63,120 bases of DNA from a virus (Duplodnaviria; Caudoviricetes). Positions 61,361 through 63,120 of this stretch are shown one piece after another (the stretch's first letter is position 1; the number at the start of each line of letters is the position of its first letter). Made by a program: the position numbers and the translations under genes. The notes beneath the pieces were generated by a model. The model was not told the DNA's origin. It saw only the letters and a list, made by a program, of their open reading frames with translations, and made no database searches. The stretch is taken from IMG/VR virus record IMGVR_UViG_3300045741_000433, positions 1 through 63,120 of that record, one strand, 5' to 3'.

Positions 61361-61634
61361 GATGCGCCTTCAACTCGTTTCAGCGATAAATGATCCGAAG
61401 ATTATTTATCTGTGTTGTTATCTGAGTAGGCAGCTTTTGTTTAGTATTGATTCATTACTTATATTGAATGCGACTTCAAACTTCATAATGTTCCTTACCT
61501 AATGTCCATCGCTATCCTTTAGTAGCGAACTTTTTTCCTCTTGTTAGGAATCCCAAGCAGGGGTGGCTTTACGGGAGCTACTCCGTTATTAATGAGTTTC
61601 CATCTCACTAGCAGGAAGCTATCCTGCATGCATC
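61361..61634 (-). ncRNA. Putative structured RNA of about 275 nt containing a 22-codon ORF
   Basis: GATGC/GCATC end pairing, several hairpins including cUUCGg, promoter-like GGTATATA upstream. Confidence 0.45.
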
Positions 61635-62005
61635 AACCTATATACCATATTATAAGCATGCCTACCTAACAATCAAGGTAGATTAATTTTTAAAATAAAC
61701 GCCTTTACTTAGCAGATAAATTTTTAAACCAATTAACATTTTATTTACCTTTAAAATTTAAGATTATATCCTGTAGATGATTTACGCCTTTGACAATAAA
61801 AGCATTCTAAAATTACAGACTTGCGAACCTTATCAAGTTCAGCTGGCTCATAATCATGTCGTCCCATTTTACATAGCAAATTAGAGATAATAGGAATAGA
61901 ATGAGGATTAAACCTATAAAAATTAACAGTACCCATAAAGTCTTCCCAATCGCTCCAACCACGATATTTCTTTATAAGTCTTTTAAACGGTTTAAACATA
62001 ATGCC

Positions 62006-62608
62006 TCATTTATATTTAGTAATATAATCATACATAACAATTGCAGAAGATGCTGCGGCATTAAAAGACCTTACCGATCCCATCATTGGAATTGATACAA
62101 TATCTTTACACATAGAAAGCATTTCAGGAGTAAGACCAGTTCCTTCAGAGCCAAAAATCATTAACGAATTCGGCTTCCAATTATATGTAGGAAGGGAAAC
62201 AGACCCACTAACATTATCAATACCCACGAAAACATAATCATTTTTAAGCCTAATAAAATCGTAAATAGAGGCAATGAAATTTACATCAGTATAATTAAAA
62301 GTTCCAACTGCCCCTCGCTTATCATATTTTTTATCTCCCAAATAAAAAACCTCTTTAGCATTGAAACCATTTGCATTCCTAATCAAAGAACTAAAATTAA
62401 AATCAGAAGCCCAATTTTCCATGCACACTGCGAATGGATAAGAAGTTTCTTTCAAGGACCTTTTAATTTCTTCTACCGTAGAAGATTTAAAATGGTCAGC
62501 AACATTATGTTGCCAAGAACTATAGTGAGTATTACCGGCCTCAATAGCAAGGCTATGCTTAATGGAGCTTTTAGAGAAGTCTGGCGTCGTTCTGATTTTT
62601 ACTTTCAT
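62006..62608 (-). CDS. SpoU/TrmH RNA 2'-O-methyltransferase
   Basis: NFSSLIRNA, FGSEGTG, IPMMGSVRSFNAA. Confidence 0.9.
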   Translation of the reverse strand: MKVKIRTTPDFSKSSIKHSLAIEAGNTHYSSWQHNVADHFKSSTVEEIKRSLKETSYPFAVCMENWASDFNFSSLIRNANGFNAKEVFYLGDKKYDKRGAVGTFNYTDVNFIASIYDFIRLKNDYVFVGIDNVSGSVSLPTYNWKPNSLMIFGSEGTGLTPEMLSMCKDIVSIPMMGSVRSFNAAASSAIVMYDYITKYK

Positions 62609-63120
62609 AAGATAATTCTTTCTCTACTTGATTTAAAATTTCAGCCTCTTCTTCTTTAAGTCTAATCCTTGCGACTTCTTTCATATTCTCTTTGTTTTTT
62701 TATTTTTTCGCAAAATTTGTAAAGCTAAAATAAGATGCGCAAACTAAATTCTCACAGTGACTAATATAATATTTAAATTTAATTCTCATTTATCGCCTCT
62801 AAAAAATTTCATAAGGCTACGATACCAATTTGGTTTACCCTGCATCATGCAGTGGTTATTCCAATACACAATTGACTCTGCAAACTGCTGAGCGCTAAAG
62901 TCACCTTTGGTACCCCCTTTAAGATGCAAAAAGTTTCTTGCCATCGTATAAGGATCCATAGGCTCTTCCTCTTCAGTTACCCTAGCTTTGATTGCGACAA
63001 TCTCCCAATCAGCATCAGTTTCTCGCTCCCCATCAACCTCTAATACATCTGCTCTATAACAAACGAAAGTGACATACTTAGCTAATTGTTTTTTAGCCTT
63101 AGCCGACAACCTAATGAATG

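Noticed and set aside
1-63120. Stop-codon reassignment
   Set aside because: Conserved genes are intact in code 11, and TAG, TGA and TAA all end complete proteins.
1-63120. Bacterial chromosome origin
   Set aside because: Dense small hypothetical genes, many free-standing endonucleases, an isotype-grouped tRNA array and no housekeeping operons fit a jumbo phage better. No capsid or terminase gene is in the window to prove it.

Overview
AT-rich, gene-dense segment of a jumbo/huge bacteriophage genome. Most genes are on the minus strand, in the standard genetic code, and no structural or replication core genes are present. The window is dominated by an RNA-metabolism district. It holds about 35 tRNAs loosely grouped by isotype and about 12 non-canonical tRNA-like RNAs (D-loop hairpin insertions, D-armless forms, an Asn tRNA whose anticodon is interrupted by a nested mini-tRNA, and A34/UAU/CUA anticodons). 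It also encodes an RNase P RNA, a Ro60/TROVE protein, and six Y-RNA-like RNAs that share one motif but carry different cargo domains. A DIP1984-like coiled-coil gene is followed directly by a 262-nt structured RNA displaying nine AGCA repeats, and then by rnpB. Many HNH/GIY-YIG genes sit between tRNAs, and several CDSs start or stop within 0-1 nt of tRNA ends, suggesting tRNA-punctuation processing. Auxiliary genes cover NAD/ADP-ribose metabolism (NadE-like, DraG, PARG, CinA-NadD, NUDIX), CoA synthesis (CoaB-like, CoaD), LemA/TPM, OmpA and a Cys-rich lipoprotein. All RNA folds were made by eye and all family names come from motif recognition; no search was run.
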